NCBI GenBank assembly: GCA_036676395.1 | Contig: JAKFCY010000002.1 | Coordinates: 1,888,001-1,952,000, forward strand | Direction: 5' to 3' | Source: Bdellovibrio sp. | GTDB taxonomy: Bacteria > Bdellovibrionota > Bdellovibrionia > Bdellovibrionales > Bdellovibrionaceae | DNA: 64,000 nt | Shown here: positions 50,885-61,663 of the stretch, one piece after another | Position numbering within the stretch: the stretch's first letter is position 1 | How the letters are laid out: the number at the start of each line of letters is the position of its first letter | Notes under the pieces: model-generated | Told to the model about the DNA's origin: nothing | The model's database searches: none | The model's input: the letters and a program-made list of their open reading frames with translations, nothing else | Position numbers and translations under genes: made by a program

Positions 50885-50959
50885 AGTATTTAATATAATC
50901 TATATTGATCTGATTATCCAGCTACTCGTCATTGAAACTGGAGCTGAAATAGGTTAATT

Positions 50960-52783
50960 TTGCAACGCGTGAAAAATGATATCATCAATTGGATAAAATG
51001 GACGATTAGCAAGAAAGGCTTCTGGAGCAGAGCCTTGCTTTGTTGGCTATTTTCGATAGTCCTGCTTAAATTTGATGAGATGGATCTTTACGACAGCCGT
51101 TTTAAGATTCGCGGACCACAACCTGTAACTCGCGAGGCCGTTTTAGTCACCATTAAGCCCAGCGATTTTGTTAAAATTTCTGACGCCAAAACCAACTCTT
51201 TAATCAACATGAACGAATCACAAGATGTCAGCGATAGCTTTTTCTGGGATCAAAAAATTTGGTTTCAAATGCTATCACAAATTTTAGCGCAAAAACCGAG
51301 AGGCATCGGCGTTACATTATTTTTTGGTGAAAATATCGGCGTTACGCGTTTGAACTCTCAAGAAATTATGGTTTTCAAAGATCCAAAAATCACCTGGGCC
51401 ACAAACACCAGTCTTTTAGAAAACATGTCTTTACCGTTTGCCACCCTGCCCGACCGGTCAAACATTGCCCATGTCGAAGTTTTACGTGACGAAGATGGTA
51501 TCGTACGAAGACTGCAAGACAGTCGCGGTTTTTTACAAGACATCAGTCACGCGGTGATCGATCATGGACGCCTAAATAAAGATTCGCTGGCGGTGATTAA
51601 TTACCGTGGCTTAGGGCGTTTTAAAAAAGTGGATCTGCAAAAAGTTTTGCGGGGCGATCTGCCCAAAGATTTTTTTCGTAATAAATTAGTTTTTATCGGC
51701 ACCGACCGCACGATCAATTCACAAATTTTAACACCCCTTGGAACCATGTCTAAACATGAATACTGGGCCCAGGTTAGCGACAATATTTTAGAAAAACGCT
51801 TTATTAAAAAAGGCCCTACGTGGATCAATTCACTGTTGCTGCTATTTTTAACTATTGCTGCTGTACTGGTGATCACGCATTTTCCGCAAGCCGTGTCGCT
51901 GTTTTTATTTTTCTGGATTGGCACAATCTGGGCTGCTTTTTCAATTTGGGTCTTTGATACATTTTATGTCTGGATTCCCTTAGTAAGCCCACTGGTGTTA
52001 TTGATTTTAATTTGGGTTTTATATATCGGTTACCACGCTCTGCGCATTGAAAAGGCCCATGCAGAATTACAACAAGAACAACGTTATTTATCAGACCTTG
52101 AACAGTTAAAAAATAACTTCATCAGTTTGATCAGCCATGACTTAAAAACTCCGATTGCTAAAATTCAAGCCGTGATCGACCGATTGGATGCCGAAAAAAA
52201 CATTCCTGACCAAATGCACGAAGATTTCGACAATTTAAAAATTTATTCTGAAGAACTAAATCGCTATATCCAGTCCATTTTAAAAGTTCTGCGTGTTGAA
52301 TCGCGTGATTTTCAAATTTTAAAAGAAGTCGCAGACTTAAACGAAATTATTGAAACTGTCGTTGAACGTTTAAAGCCTGTGGCTAAAACTAAAAATGTTC
52401 GCATTGATCTGACTTTGGAGCCGATGTTTTTAATTGAATTCGACGTGACGTTAATGACCGAAGTATTTTTAAATTTAGTTGAAAATGCGATTAAATACAC
52501 TCCGGCAAATGGCCAAGTTTCGATTCGCACTAAAGAAACTGACACTGAAATTTTGATTGAAATTCAGGATACCGGCGAAGGCATCGCCACCGAAGATCAA
52601 ATGCACATCTGGAAAAAGTTTGTGCGTGGGCGCAACCAAGATCAAAAAACTAAAGGTACAGGCCTTGGGCTTTACCTGGTTAAATATTTTATTGAGCTGC
52701 ATGGCGGAAATATCGCTTTAAAATCTGAAGTGGGCGTTGGCACGACGTTTTATGTTCGACTGCCGATTGATCCGGTACTATAA
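50960..52783 (+). CDS. CHASE2-domain sensor histidine kinase
   Basis: YDSRFKIRG, DEDGIVRR, FRNKLVFIG, three TMs, SHDLKTP, NAIKY, GTGLGL. Confidence 0.9.
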   Translation: MQRVKNDIINWIKWTISKKGFWSRALLCWLFSIVLLKFDEMDLYDSRFKIRGPQPVTREAVLVTIKPSDFVKISDAKTNSLINMNESQDVSDSFFWDQKIWFQMLSQILAQKPRGIGVTLFFGENIGVTRLNSQEIMVFKDPKITWATNTSLLENMSLPFATLPDRSNIAHVEVLRDEDGIVRRLQDSRGFLQDISHAVIDHGRLNKDSLAVINYRGLGRFKKVDLQKVLRGDLPKDFFRNKLVFIGTDRTINSQILTPLGTMSKHEYWAQVSDNILEKRFIKKGPTWINSLLLLFLTIAAVLVITHFPQAVSLFLFFWIGTIWAAFSIWVFDTFYVWIPLVSPLVLLILIWVLYIGYHALRIEKAHAELQQEQRYLSDLEQLKNNFISLISHDLKTPIAKIQAVIDRLDAEKNIPDQMHEDFDNLKIYSEELNRYIQSILKVLRVESRDFQILKEVADLNEIIETVVERLKPVAKTKNVRIDLTLEPMFLIEFDVTLMTEVFLNLVENAIKYTPANGQVSIRTKETDTEILIEIQDTGEGIATEDQMHIWKKFVRGRNQDQKTKGTGLGLYLVKYFIELHGGNIALKSEVGVGTTFYVRLPIDPVL

Positions 52784-52810
52784 TTAGCTTATAGGCAAAT
52801 AAGGGATGTT

Positions 52811-54238
52811 ATGAAATTAAACACACTGATCGTAGATGATGAACAAGAGTTAAGAAAATCGGTTGCGAGTATTTTATTAAACTCAATGCCTGATGTGACA
52901 TTCAATATCACCGAAGCCTCAAATGGCCGTGAAGCTGTTGAGCTTGCAAAAAAAGAATTCTGGGATCTAATTTTAATGGACGTTCGCATGCCCGAGATCG
53001 ATGGTCTTGAAGCCTTACGCCAAATCAAAGAGATCGACCCACGCACCTTTGTTGTGATCATGACGGCACATTCAAATTTGAATGACGCTATTATCGCGAT
53101 TAAAGATGGCGCTTATGATTACGTTGAAAAACCAGTAAGCCCTGACAAATTATCAGCTATCGTGCGCAAAAGTATCGAAGCTAATGAAATGATCACTGAA
53201 CTTACCGCTTCTAATCCGATATTTGATGACGATATCGAAAGTGAAATCGTTGGCCAAAATTCAAAAATGAAAGAAGTTTTTAATCTGATCTATAAACTTT
53301 GCAAAGTCGATACAACGGTTTTAATCCGCGGTGAAAACGGAACTGGTAAAGAACTTGTAGCTAAAGCGATTCATTTCAATTCTCCGCGTAAATCTGGCGC
53401 ATTCGTTGCGATTAACTGCGGTGCGATTCCTGAACATTTAATGGAGTCAGAATTATTCGGCCATGAAAAAGGCGCATTTACCGGAGCTATCGAGCGTAAA
53501 ATCGGCAAATTTCAATTAGCTAATAACGGCACACTTTTCTTAGATGAAATTGCAGAGCTTAAACCTGAAATGCAGGTTAAATTATTACGTGCGCTGCAAG
53601 AAAAGAAATTCACGCCGGTGGGCTCAAACCGCGAAGTTAAAACTAACGCGCGTATTATCGCAGCCACCAACCGCAATTTAGAAAAAATGATGGAAGACCA
53701 AGAGTTTCGTGAAGATCTTTTTTATCGTTTAAATGTAATGCCGATTTTCTTACCGCCATTGCGTGACCGTTATGATGATATCCCTGAATTAGCAGTTAAC
53801 TTTTTAGAGAAGTTTTCTAAATCACACGCCAAACAAATTCATTCTATTGCACCAGATTGTTTAGATTTAATGAAAAACTATCGTTGGCCAGGAAACATCC
53901 GCGAATTAGAAAATGTGATTGAGCGCGCCTTTATCGTTGAATCAAGCCAGATTATGACGTTGGCAAGTTTACCTGAAAACATTCGTAATCAAGCGGCTGC
54001 CAAACAAGCGCAAAATCAAGCCGCAACTGCAGTCGGCGGTGTAAAAGCGGTTCCTCAGGCGCATGGCGCTTTGGATTTCGAATTATTTAAAGAACAAGCT
54101 GAAAAAGATTTTATCGTCAGCGCTTTAAAAGCGAACAAAGGTAAGATCAATCAAACAGTAGCACAGGCTAATATTCCGAAAAATACGTTGTTACGTAAAA
54201 TTCGTAAATACAATATTAACGTCAAAGATTTTTCTTAA
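52811..54238 (+). CDS. Sigma54-dependent (NtrC-family) response regulator
   Basis: REC DVRMP, GENGTGKE, GAFTGA, WPGNIRELEN, C-terminal HTH. Confidence 0.95.
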   Translation: MKLNTLIVDDEQELRKSVASILLNSMPDVTFNITEASNGREAVELAKKEFWDLILMDVRMPEIDGLEALRQIKEIDPRTFVVIMTAHSNLNDAIIAIKDGAYDYVEKPVSPDKLSAIVRKSIEANEMITELTASNPIFDDDIESEIVGQNSKMKEVFNLIYKLCKVDTTVLIRGENGTGKELVAKAIHFNSPRKSGAFVAINCGAIPEHLMESELFGHEKGAFTGAIERKIGKFQLANNGTLFLDEIAELKPEMQVKLLRALQEKKFTPVGSNREVKTNARIIAATNRNLEKMMEDQEFREDLFYRLNVMPIFLPPLRDRYDDIPELAVNFLEKFSKSHAKQIHSIAPDCLDLMKNYRWPGNIRELENVIERAFIVESSQIMTLASLPENIRNQAAAKQAQNQAATAVGGVKAVPQAHGALDFELFKEQAEKDFIVSALKANKGKINQTVAQANIPKNTLLRKIRKYNINVKDFS

Positions 54239-55275
54239 TTTAATATTTTCTTAGCTGTATGAAAGACATTTTCAGGTAAAATCTCTTTCATACACTTATG
54301 ATGACCCAGAGGGCATTTATTGTGACCATGCAGTCCGCAGGGTCTACAAGTTAAATTTCTGTTCTCAACCACGATGCTGTGATCATTCCACGGCCTAAAA
54401 CCTAAATCTAAAGTCGTAGGACCAAATATCGCCATCACAGGCGTGCCGACACTGGCCCCAAGATGCGAAGGTGATGAATCATTACCGATAATCAAATCAC
54501 AAGATTTTAAAAAATCGATTGAATCCACCAGTTTCATTTTGCCAGCCAGCACTTCAGCTTTTGGATTCTTAGCTTTAATCTCTTCACATAAAGGTGCTTC
54601 CTCAGGGCCGCCCATAAGATGAACCTGATAACCTTCGGCGATTAATTTTTCGCACAATTCAGCATAATAATTAACGGGCCATTTTTTAGTTTCCCAAACC
54701 GATCCTGGAAACAGGGCGATTTTTTTAACTTGGTTTGGTGAATGCGAACCAGCCTTCATCGAAAAGAATTCTGGAATGTTTTGAAAATCCCCATCAGCTT
54801 TGGCTTTATTTAAATAACTCCAATCCTGCTCTTGAATTTTTGCAGCAGTGACAGGGTCAACCGGAGCTAATAAAGCCATTTGGCGAATAGCATCTGGAAA
54901 TGTTTTTAAATATTTAACGGTTTCGGTAAAAAATAAAAAGTTTAAGCCCTGACTAAAACCGTATTTCTTTTTAGCTTTTAACTGCATCGTAAAAAGTGCT
55001 GATCGTAATGAACGATGCAGGCAAAATACCGTCGCCACATTAGCATGGGCATTAATATTTTTTACAGCCTGATGGTATGACGATTTATCGCCTTTGTTTA
55101 CGGTGATGAGTTCGTCGATCACTTGTAATTTAAGTAAATAGTCTGCGACCCCTTTTTTAGCGACAAAGATAATTTTGTCATTAGGGTATAAAGCTTTAAG
55201 CCTTTTTAAAAAAGGAATAGATAAAAACACATCGCCGATAAATGCCGTCTGCACGACAACGTGATAAGCTGACAT
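54235..55275 (-). CDS. GT9 LPS heptosyltransferase-family protein
   Basis: QTAFIGDV, FPGSVWETKKWP, GNDSSPSHL, IFGPT, CRPC. Confidence 0.9.
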   Translation of the reverse strand: MSAYHVVVQTAFIGDVFLSIPFLKRLKALYPNDKIIFVAKKGVADYLLKLQVIDELITVNKGDKSSYHQAVKNINAHANVATVFCLHRSLRSALFTMQLKAKKKYGFSQGLNFLFFTETVKYLKTFPDAIRQMALLAPVDPVTAAKIQEQDWSYLNKAKADGDFQNIPEFFSMKAGSHSPNQVKKIALFPGSVWETKKWPVNYYAELCEKLIAEGYQVHLMGGPEEAPLCEEIKAKNPKAEVLAGKMKLVDSIDFLKSCDLIIGNDSSPSHLGASVGTPVMAIFGPTTLDLGFRPWNDHSIVVENRNLTCRPCGLHGHNKCPLGHHKCMKEILPENVFHTAKKILN

Positions 55276-56330
55276 TAGTTTCCTGGTTCGATCTCGATCA
55301 CTTCTGAGACTAGAGTTCCGATTTTGATTTTAGCTTCGACTCGCAAGATGTATTTATGTTCGTCGTCTGAAACCCAAATAAAGATATCGCCGGTTTGCGA
55401 TAAAGCCCCACGAGTCACAATACTGGCTTTAATCTTAATTGCGTTAAAGTCACCAGCTTCAGTGCTTAGCTTTTCTTTACCAACGGCTGTGCCTGTAAAC
55501 ACGATATTTTTTTTATCTTCGGCTACACGAAAAGAAACCTGTTTGCCTTCTTTCCAGTTAAATACCCGCATGTAAAATAAACCGCTAAAGGCATTTTGTG
55601 AAAACGGTAAGATATCCCAGGTGAATTTACGCTCTTCTTCTCCTGATTTCTCGGTGTATTTTTTCTCCCAAAAGCTTGCAGTCAGAGTTTCATTATTAAA
55701 ATAAGATTGGGATTGAGCTAATTTACCGGTCTCTTTGATGTTAATCTTTAGAACATGCGGCATTAACGTTTCGTAATCTAAAAATGTATCAACGCGGTCT
55801 TCAACTGAATAAAAATTTGAAAACACGCGGCTGGATTGTAAACTAACTGAAAAATTATAGCTTTTACGGTTATTAACCTGAGCAAAAGGTTTTACCTGCA
55901 TAGTTAAGGTGCCAGCTTTAGCAGAAAAGTAGCTGACTTCGTGAATGACTTTTTCGCCGACTTTAAATGGATCAACATTAGGTCTGCGCGAGTTTCCGGT
56001 AAAACCTTCGCTATCTTCGATTTCTGGCTGACGCTTTGTCGAAACTTCAACTTTTTTAGCATCGGCTTTTTTTGTTTTTGGCTTTTTTAATTCTTTTTTT
56101 GTTGCGACTTCTTTAGGTGTGGCCGGCTGAGGCGCCCCCGGCTGAGGCTTTTCTTCAGCTTTTGCAGCTTCGGCTTTGGGGGCTTCGACAACATCGTCTT
56201 CTTCAGTTTGAATTTTTACTTCGCGTTCAAATTCTTCGTTTTTAAAAAACTTATCTTCTTTTTCGTACTTTAAAAATTTACTCGAACAGCTCGATAAGGC
56301 TATGAAGAAAACTAAGCTAATCATTCTCAT
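55275..56330 (-). CDS. DUF3108-like lipoprotein
   Basis: ATG 56330 gives lipobox LSSC; PFKVGE...Y.VSY...AG, FYSVED, IWVSDD...L.VEAKIKIG. Confidence 0.75.
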   Translation of the reverse strand: MRMISLVFFIALSSCSSKFLKYEKEDKFFKNEEFEREVKIQTEEDDVVEAPKAEAAKAEEKPQPGAPQPATPKEVATKKELKKPKTKKADAKKVEVSTKRQPEIEDSEGFTGNSRRPNVDPFKVGEKVIHEVSYFSAKAGTLTMQVKPFAQVNNRKSYNFSVSLQSSRVFSNFYSVEDRVDTFLDYETLMPHVLKINIKETGKLAQSQSYFNNETLTASFWEKKYTEKSGEEERKFTWDILPFSQNAFSGLFYMRVFNWKEGKQVSFRVAEDKKNIVFTGTAVGKEKLSTEAGDFNAIKIKASIVTRGALSQTGDIFIWVSDDEHKYILRVEAKIKIGTLVSEVIEIEPGN

Positions 56331-57199
56331 TCGAAATCCTTCCACCGGCGATGTACCCACATCCATTGATCTGGATACTGTCGGATGATATTTTCTAAAG
56401 TCGCATTAAAACGATTAGTTATAATGCGTTGGGCTTCTTGTTTATCCTCGGTTGAAACATCATCAATTTTGATCGCTGTTCCAATTCCGATATGTAGCTT
56501 TTTATTATCATCCCAATATGTATAAAGTGGCAACACCGGAGCCTTAGTCTTCATGGCAAATACAGCTAGACCATAGGCGGTACCGGTTTTTTTACCGAAG
56601 AATTCGGTCTCGATACCGTAAGGTTTACCCATAAACTGATCGAGCACAAAAACCACGGCGCGTTTTAATCTTAAGGCTTTTAAAATATCAAAAGCATTCT
56701 GCTTGCTATGAGCATCAATAATCTCGGTTTTTGATTTAGTTCGCAAATAGAACCAAAACTCATCAACAAACGCATTGGTAAAGCGTTTAGAAATTAAACT
56801 TAAAGGAACAACTTTCTCACTCATTACAGCAGCGGCCAAATCTGCCCCACCTAAATGCAAGGTTAAAAAGAAAAAGCCTTGGTCTTTGGGTACATTTTCT
56901 AAACCGTGAAAAATGATATTATCTTTGATTAACTTATCATTTACATAAGGTACGCGCCCTAAATCAACCAACCCACGGCCTAAAATGTAAATTGATTTTC
57001 GCATCCATTGTTTTTTAGTTTTTTCAGGGGTTCCCGGAAATGCAATATCGATATTGTCATACACTACTTTTTTTCTTAGCTGCAAAACATCGACCCATAA
57101 CCACGCCCAAAAACGTGCAAAAAAATCATTAAACGCCCAGGGCATCAAATGAATAATGAAGGCGTAGATATTACTAAATAACCTTGCTAAGCGCCGCAC
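56327..57199 (-). CDS. Lipid A late acyltransferase (LpxL/HtrB family)
   Basis: HLGGAD (HX4D), VLDQ, FFGK, PDQWMWVHRRWK. Confidence 0.92.
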   Translation of the reverse strand: MRRLARLFSNIYAFIIHLMPWAFNDFFARFWAWLWVDVLQLRKKVVYDNIDIAFPGTPEKTKKQWMRKSIYILGRGLVDLGRVPYVNDKLIKDNIIFHGLENVPKDQGFFFLTLHLGGADLAAAVMSEKVVPLSLISKRFTNAFVDEFWFYLRTKSKTEIIDAHSKQNAFDILKALRLKRAVVFVLDQFMGKPYGIETEFFGKKTGTAYGLAVFAMKTKAPVLPLYTYWDDNKKLHIGIGTAIKIDDVSTEDKQEAQRIITNRFNATLENIIRQYPDQWMWVHRRWKDFE

Positions 57200-58151
57200 G
57201 CAAGTCTTCCTTATCCTGAGAACTAAATTGCAGTTTTAATGAGATCGCCAGAGTCTGAGATTTAAGCTCTGTATCAGTGATTTTAACTAAATCTTTTTCA
57301 GTCGCACACAAGACGCTGTTAGGAAATTTTGCGCGCCATTGTGTTAGAATATCACTTTGATCAGCCAACGAATACGCATGGTGATCGGGGTACACCAAGT
57401 GCTTAACGATATTATATCCACTGGCTTCTAAGTTGTTTTTAAGCTGTGCCGGATTACCGATAGCCGAGTATAAAAATAAATTCTTATTTTCTGAATTCAC
57501 CACTGACAAAGCTTTAGATTCGAAAAAAGGATGATTATGCGACTTTAAATAATCGCGAAAGTATCTAAATGTTTCTAAATTCGCATTATTAACCTTTGTT
57601 AATATCACAAAATTTGAACGTAACACTTGATCAATATCTTCACGCAAATGGCCAAAAGGCAGTAGCTGATAGTGCGACATCGGTTGCGAAACATCGATTA
57701 ACACAATGTCTAAATGGCGCTTTAAAGTACGGTGAGAAAAACCATCATCAACAATCACGACATCTATTTTTTGCTTCTGAAGTTGATAGTAATCTAAAGC
57801 AAATTCAACCGTATCTGTTTTATGTGGACCACTCCACACAAACACATGTGGCGCCAATTTTTTAATTAGACAAGCTTCATCACCATACATAAAAGTGTGT
57901 TTTAAATTTTCTAGTGTGACTTCAGCAGGCTGGGGAAGTTTGGCTTTATAGCTTTTAGCGACGACTAAGATATTTTCACCCTCTAATAGCGAAATTACTT
58001 CTAACACAACCGGAGTTTTACCGGTGCCACCTGTCGTCAGGTTTCCGATAGAAATAACCGGAACTCCGAATTTTTCAGGTTTGAACCAGCCCTTGTCATA
58101 CATCGCGTTTTTTGCGGTTATAACTAAACGATAGGGATTTAAATATTTCAT
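57174..58151 (-). CDS. lpxK: Tetraacyldisaccharide 4'-kinase
   Basis: IGNLTTGGTGKTP, GDEA, DDGFSH, LLPFGHLRE, PDHH, TEKD. Confidence 0.95.
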   Translation of the reverse strand: MKYLNPYRLVITAKNAMYDKGWFKPEKFGVPVISIGNLTTGGTGKTPVVLEVISLLEGENILVVAKSYKAKLPQPAEVTLENLKHTFMYGDEACLIKKLAPHVFVWSGPHKTDTVEFALDYYQLQKQKIDVVIVDDGFSHRTLKRHLDIVLIDVSQPMSHYQLLPFGHLREDIDQVLRSNFVILTKVNNANLETFRYFRDYLKSHNHPFFESKALSVVNSENKNLFLYSAIGNPAQLKNNLEASGYNIVKHLVYPDHHAYSLADQSDILTQWRAKFPNSVLCATEKDLVKITDTELKSQTLAISLKLQFSSQDKEDLRAALSKVI

Positions 58152-59332
58152 AAATGTTTTGCTAAAGCCGCACCAACACGCGCGGTAGCTCCCACATCAC
58201 CTAATAGATACTGCACTTGGGCTAATTTTTTGATTGTTGCCTGAGTATAGGCTTCATCATTGATAAATTTTTCTAATAACGGAATGATATTTTCACTTGT
58301 AGCATCACCTTGTAAAAGCTCTGGCACGACTTCTTCGTTCATAACCAGATTCACTAAGCCAAAGTATTTAATCCCGCGAACCAAGATACGAGCAATTACG
58401 CCCGAGAGCCACTTCATGCGATAAATGATCACCATCGGTTTTTGCAGTAATCCCACCATCAAAGTGGCTGTACCTGAAGTCGCTAAGACATAATGAGCTA
58501 AGGCGATCATTTTATTTGGATCATCTTGAATTAAAATATATGGCATTTTAACATCAGCTGAATTTTCGTCGATAAAATCGCGAATGTAGTCTTTTGTTAA
58601 TGTCGGAGCCACAAAGATCATAATTCGTAAAAAATTATATTTTTTAGCTAAAGCTCGCGCTACTTCTAACTGAACGCCGAAGTTAAGCTGAATTTCGCTT
58701 TTGCGAGATCCTGGCATTAACGCCAGAACTTTTTCATTTGGGCTAATACCGTATTTTTGCCGAGACAATTCTTGTTGTTTTAAATCTAATAAATTTTGGT
58801 CAATGTCTTCCAATAACGGATGACCCACGAATTCGTGAGGAACGTTATGTTCTTCGTAAAATGTTTTTTCAAATGGAAATAGCAAAAATACTTTATCGCA
58901 AACTTTTTTAATATTGTGAATACGGCCTTTTCTCCAGGCCCACACTTGCGGAGAAATATAATAAAATACTTTAATACCGTGAGCGCCCAATTTTTGCTTT
59001 AAGGTTTTAGCCAGCTTTAAATTAAAATCCGGGTAATCCAGCAATAATAAAAATTTAGGTTTAATGCGAATAGCTTCATCGACTAGTTTTTCAAACACAG
59101 CTTTTAATTCACTGTAATGAGCAATCACTTCGGCAACACCGACAACAGCCATATCTTCAGATTTGCCAAAACGGCGCATCCCGAAGTCTTCCATAGCTTG
59201 TGAACCGACACCGCAAATATCCAGATCGATATTATGCTCTTTCCAATACTTCATTAATTTCAACGCATAATACGCACTTGAAGCTTCGGCGGCCACAATC
59301 ATAATCTGCGGCTTGCTATTTGTATTACTCAA
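58148..59332 (-). CDS. lpxB: Lipid-A-disaccharide synthase
   Basis: DYPDFNL, YYISPQVWAWR, FVGHPL, PGSR.SE, SGTATL. Confidence 0.97.
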   Translation of the reverse strand: MSNTNSKPQIMIVAAEASSAYYALKLMKYWKEHNIDLDICGVGSQAMEDFGMRRFGKSEDMAVVGVAEVIAHYSELKAVFEKLVDEAIRIKPKFLLLLDYPDFNLKLAKTLKQKLGAHGIKVFYYISPQVWAWRKGRIHNIKKVCDKVFLLFPFEKTFYEEHNVPHEFVGHPLLEDIDQNLLDLKQQELSRQKYGISPNEKVLALMPGSRKSEIQLNFGVQLEVARALAKKYNFLRIMIFVAPTLTKDYIRDFIDENSADVKMPYILIQDDPNKMIALAHYVLATSGTATLMVGLLQKPMVIIYRMKWLSGVIARILVRGIKYFGLVNLVMNEEVVPELLQGDATSENIIPLLEKFINDEAYTQATIKKLAQVQYLLGDVGATARVGAALAKHL

Positions 59333-60249
59333 GATTTGATCTCCGCTAAGATCTTTTCGATATTAGCTAGTGCAAGGCTGGCCTCTTCGCCAGTGATGGC
59401 GACAGGAACTTCTTTTTTAACAGCGCGAATAAAATGATTAATTTCAAGATTTAGTGAATCCACTTTTTCGATATTAAACTTTTCAGTTTTATAAAATGGA
59501 TCATTCGCTTCGCCAGTTAAAATTTCACCTTCAAGAGTTGCCGTATTTACAAAGATCGTGCGATCGGTTTGCACGGCACGGTAATTACGAACGATTGTCG
59601 GATTTAAACGTGAATTGTTAATAGTCACTTGCACGCCTGATTTTAATTGTAGGCGCACAGACACATCATCGATCGTGTCTTTAATAAATTTATGGCCATA
59701 GACCATAAATTTTTCGATATCAGAATTAAATAGATATTGAATCAAATCTAAATCATGAATCATTAGATCGTGTAATACGCTAACATCAGCACCACGGGCG
59801 CGAAATGGAGCTAAGCGGTTGATTTCAAAATATTTGGTTTTCGCCGCTGATTCTTTAACGATTTTGTATGACGGATTAAAACGTTCAATATGGCCGACTG
59901 AAAACACCACATTGTTAGATTTTGCTAAAGCCGCTAGCTCGTAACCCTGTTGGCTAGTCGCTGCGATTGGCTTTTCAACTAAGACAGCGATTTTATTTTT
60001 AAGAAAAAATGCAGCCAATTCATAGTGCGCTTGCGTCGCCGCTGCGATAGTCACGAAATCCACTTGCGAAGGAATTTCTTCTAAAGTTTTAAAAGCTTGA
60101 ACACCCAGATCAGTAGCGATCTTATCAGCTTGTGGTGCGTACTGATCAAAAACACCAACTAAGGTGGCATGTTCTGACGCTTTAACTTTTTGCGCGTGAA
60201 AATTACCTAAATAACCAACACCAATGACTGCACCACGAAGTTTAGACAT
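59329..60249 (-). CDS. gnnA: Gfo/Idh/MocA oxidoreductase, probable UDP-GlcNAc 3-dehydrogenase GnnA
   Basis: GVGYLGNFH, VEKP, VGHIERFNP, DLMIHDLD; located between lpxA and lpxB. Confidence 0.75.
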   Translation of the reverse strand: MSKLRGAVIGVGYLGNFHAQKVKASEHATLVGVFDQYAPQADKIATDLGVQAFKTLEEIPSQVDFVTIAAATQAHYELAAFFLKNKIAVLVEKPIAATSQQGYELAALAKSNNVVFSVGHIERFNPSYKIVKESAAKTKYFEINRLAPFRARGADVSVLHDLMIHDLDLIQYLFNSDIEKFMVYGHKFIKDTIDDVSVRLQLKSGVQVTINNSRLNPTIVRNYRAVQTDRTIFVNTATLEGEILTGEANDPFYKTEKFNIEKVDSLNLEINHFIRAVKKEVPVAITGEEASLALANIEKILAEIKS

Positions 60250-60255
60250 ACATTA

Positions 60256-61074
60256 TTACTCTTCCATAGACGGGGTAGATGCATTCTGACGGTGAATAGC
60301 AATACCGCGTTTAGATGATCTAACGAAATGAACTAAGGCCGCGATATTTTCTGATTGAGTGCATTCGCTTTGAATACGCGCTAAGGCCTCATCCACTGTA
60401 CCGTGACCCATAATAATTATACGAATCGCTTTATGAATATTTGAGACTTCTTCTTTAGAAAAACCTTTACGTAAAAGGCCCACTTTGTTTGTTGCACGCA
60501 CGACCGCGTAGTTACCTTGGGCGCGCGAAAACGGAAGAATGTCTTTATTCACAATACTAGAGCCCGCCACAAATGAATAACGGCCGATTTTAGAAAATTG
60601 GTTAAAGGCACAAACCCCACCAATCACTACGTTGTCTTCAACTTCACAGTGACCACCGAAGTGCGAATTATTCGCAACGATGACGTTATTACCGATTTTG
60701 CAATCATGGCCAACGTGAGAGTACGCCATGAAATAACAATTGTTCCCAATTTGAGTTGTCGCATCGCCTTTTGAGGTCGCTAAATTGAACGTGGTAAATT
60801 CGCGAATAACGTTATTATCACCGATAATCAATTTCGTTGGTTCTGATTTATAGCTGATATCTTGTGGCGGCCCGCCGATCACTGCGCCCGGAAGAATATG
60901 ATTATTCTTGCCGATTTCAACGATTCCATAGCGTGAACCGATCGAAGCATGCCCTTCGATAAAAGTGCCTTTGCCGATTGTTACATAACCTTGAATATTA
61001 CAGTAAGGTCCGATCTCAACATCTTCGTCTAACTTCACGTCGGCCGAAATGACCGACGATGGATGAATTTTCAT
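60256..61074 (-). CDS. lpxA: UDP-N-acetylglucosamine acyltransferase
   Basis: Hexapeptide repeats, PQD..Y, IREF.T, MAYSHVGHDC. Confidence 0.96.
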   Translation of the reverse strand: MKIHPSSVISADVKLDEDVEIGPYCNIQGYVTIGKGTFIEGHASIGSRYGIVEIGKNNHILPGAVIGGPPQDISYKSEPTKLIIGDNNVIREFTTFNLATSKGDATTQIGNNCYFMAYSHVGHDCKIGNNVIVANNSHFGGHCEVEDNVVIGGVCAFNQFSKIGRYSFVAGSSIVNKDILPFSRAQGNYAVVRATNKVGLLRKGFSKEEVSNIHKAIRIIIMGHGTVDEALARIQSECTQSENIAALVHFVRSSKRGIAIHRQNASTPSMEE

Positions 61075-61096
61075 AAGCTAATCTCTACTGGTGAAT

Positions 61097-61618
61097 CTAT
61101 TTTTCTTTATCGAAAGCGTTTAATACATCAGTTGTAACATTTACTTCAGTTGAAGCATAAACAACGATAGGAGTCGCTTGGCTAGATTGGATAACCATAG
61201 AAAGACCTTTGTCTTTAGCAACACGCTCGATAACTTTTTTAATTTTTTCAACAATCGGAGCCACTAAATCATTTTCTTTTTTAGCTAACTCAGTTTGTGC
61301 TTTTTGTGCACCTTGGTTGAATTTCATCATCTCTTCTTGTAATTCCTGAGCTTTTTTACCAAAAGCTTCTTCAGATAATACAGAACGTTTTTTCTCGATA
61401 TCTTCACGCATTTTTTCGATATCGCCTTTTTTCTTTTCTAATTCTTTGTTCTTTTTTTCTTGGTCTTTTTTAAGTTCTTCAAAAGCTTTTTTACCAGATT
61501 TAGAATTTTTGATGACTTCTTGTACATCTACGTAGCCCATTTTAAATTCAGCGTGAGCTGACATAGCTACCATCATTACTAAAGCGGTGATCAAAGTTGT
61601 TAACATATTTCTTTTCAT
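61097..61618 (-). CDS. skp: Periplasmic chaperone Skp/OmpH
   Basis: Signal peptide, KMGYVDVQ, long coiled coil, directly after bamA. Confidence 0.92.
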   Translation of the reverse strand: MKRNMLTTLITALVMMVAMSAHAEFKMGYVDVQEVIKNSKSGKKAFEELKKDQEKKNKELEKKKGDIEKMREDIEKKRSVLSEEAFGKKAQELQEEMMKFNQGAQKAQTELAKKENDLVAPIVEKIKKVIERVAKDKGLSMVIQSSQATPIVVYASTEVNVTTDVLNAFDKEK

Positions 61619-61663
61619 AATTTCTCCCTTTAAAGTTGTTAAACTTGTTTTAAAATAAAAATA

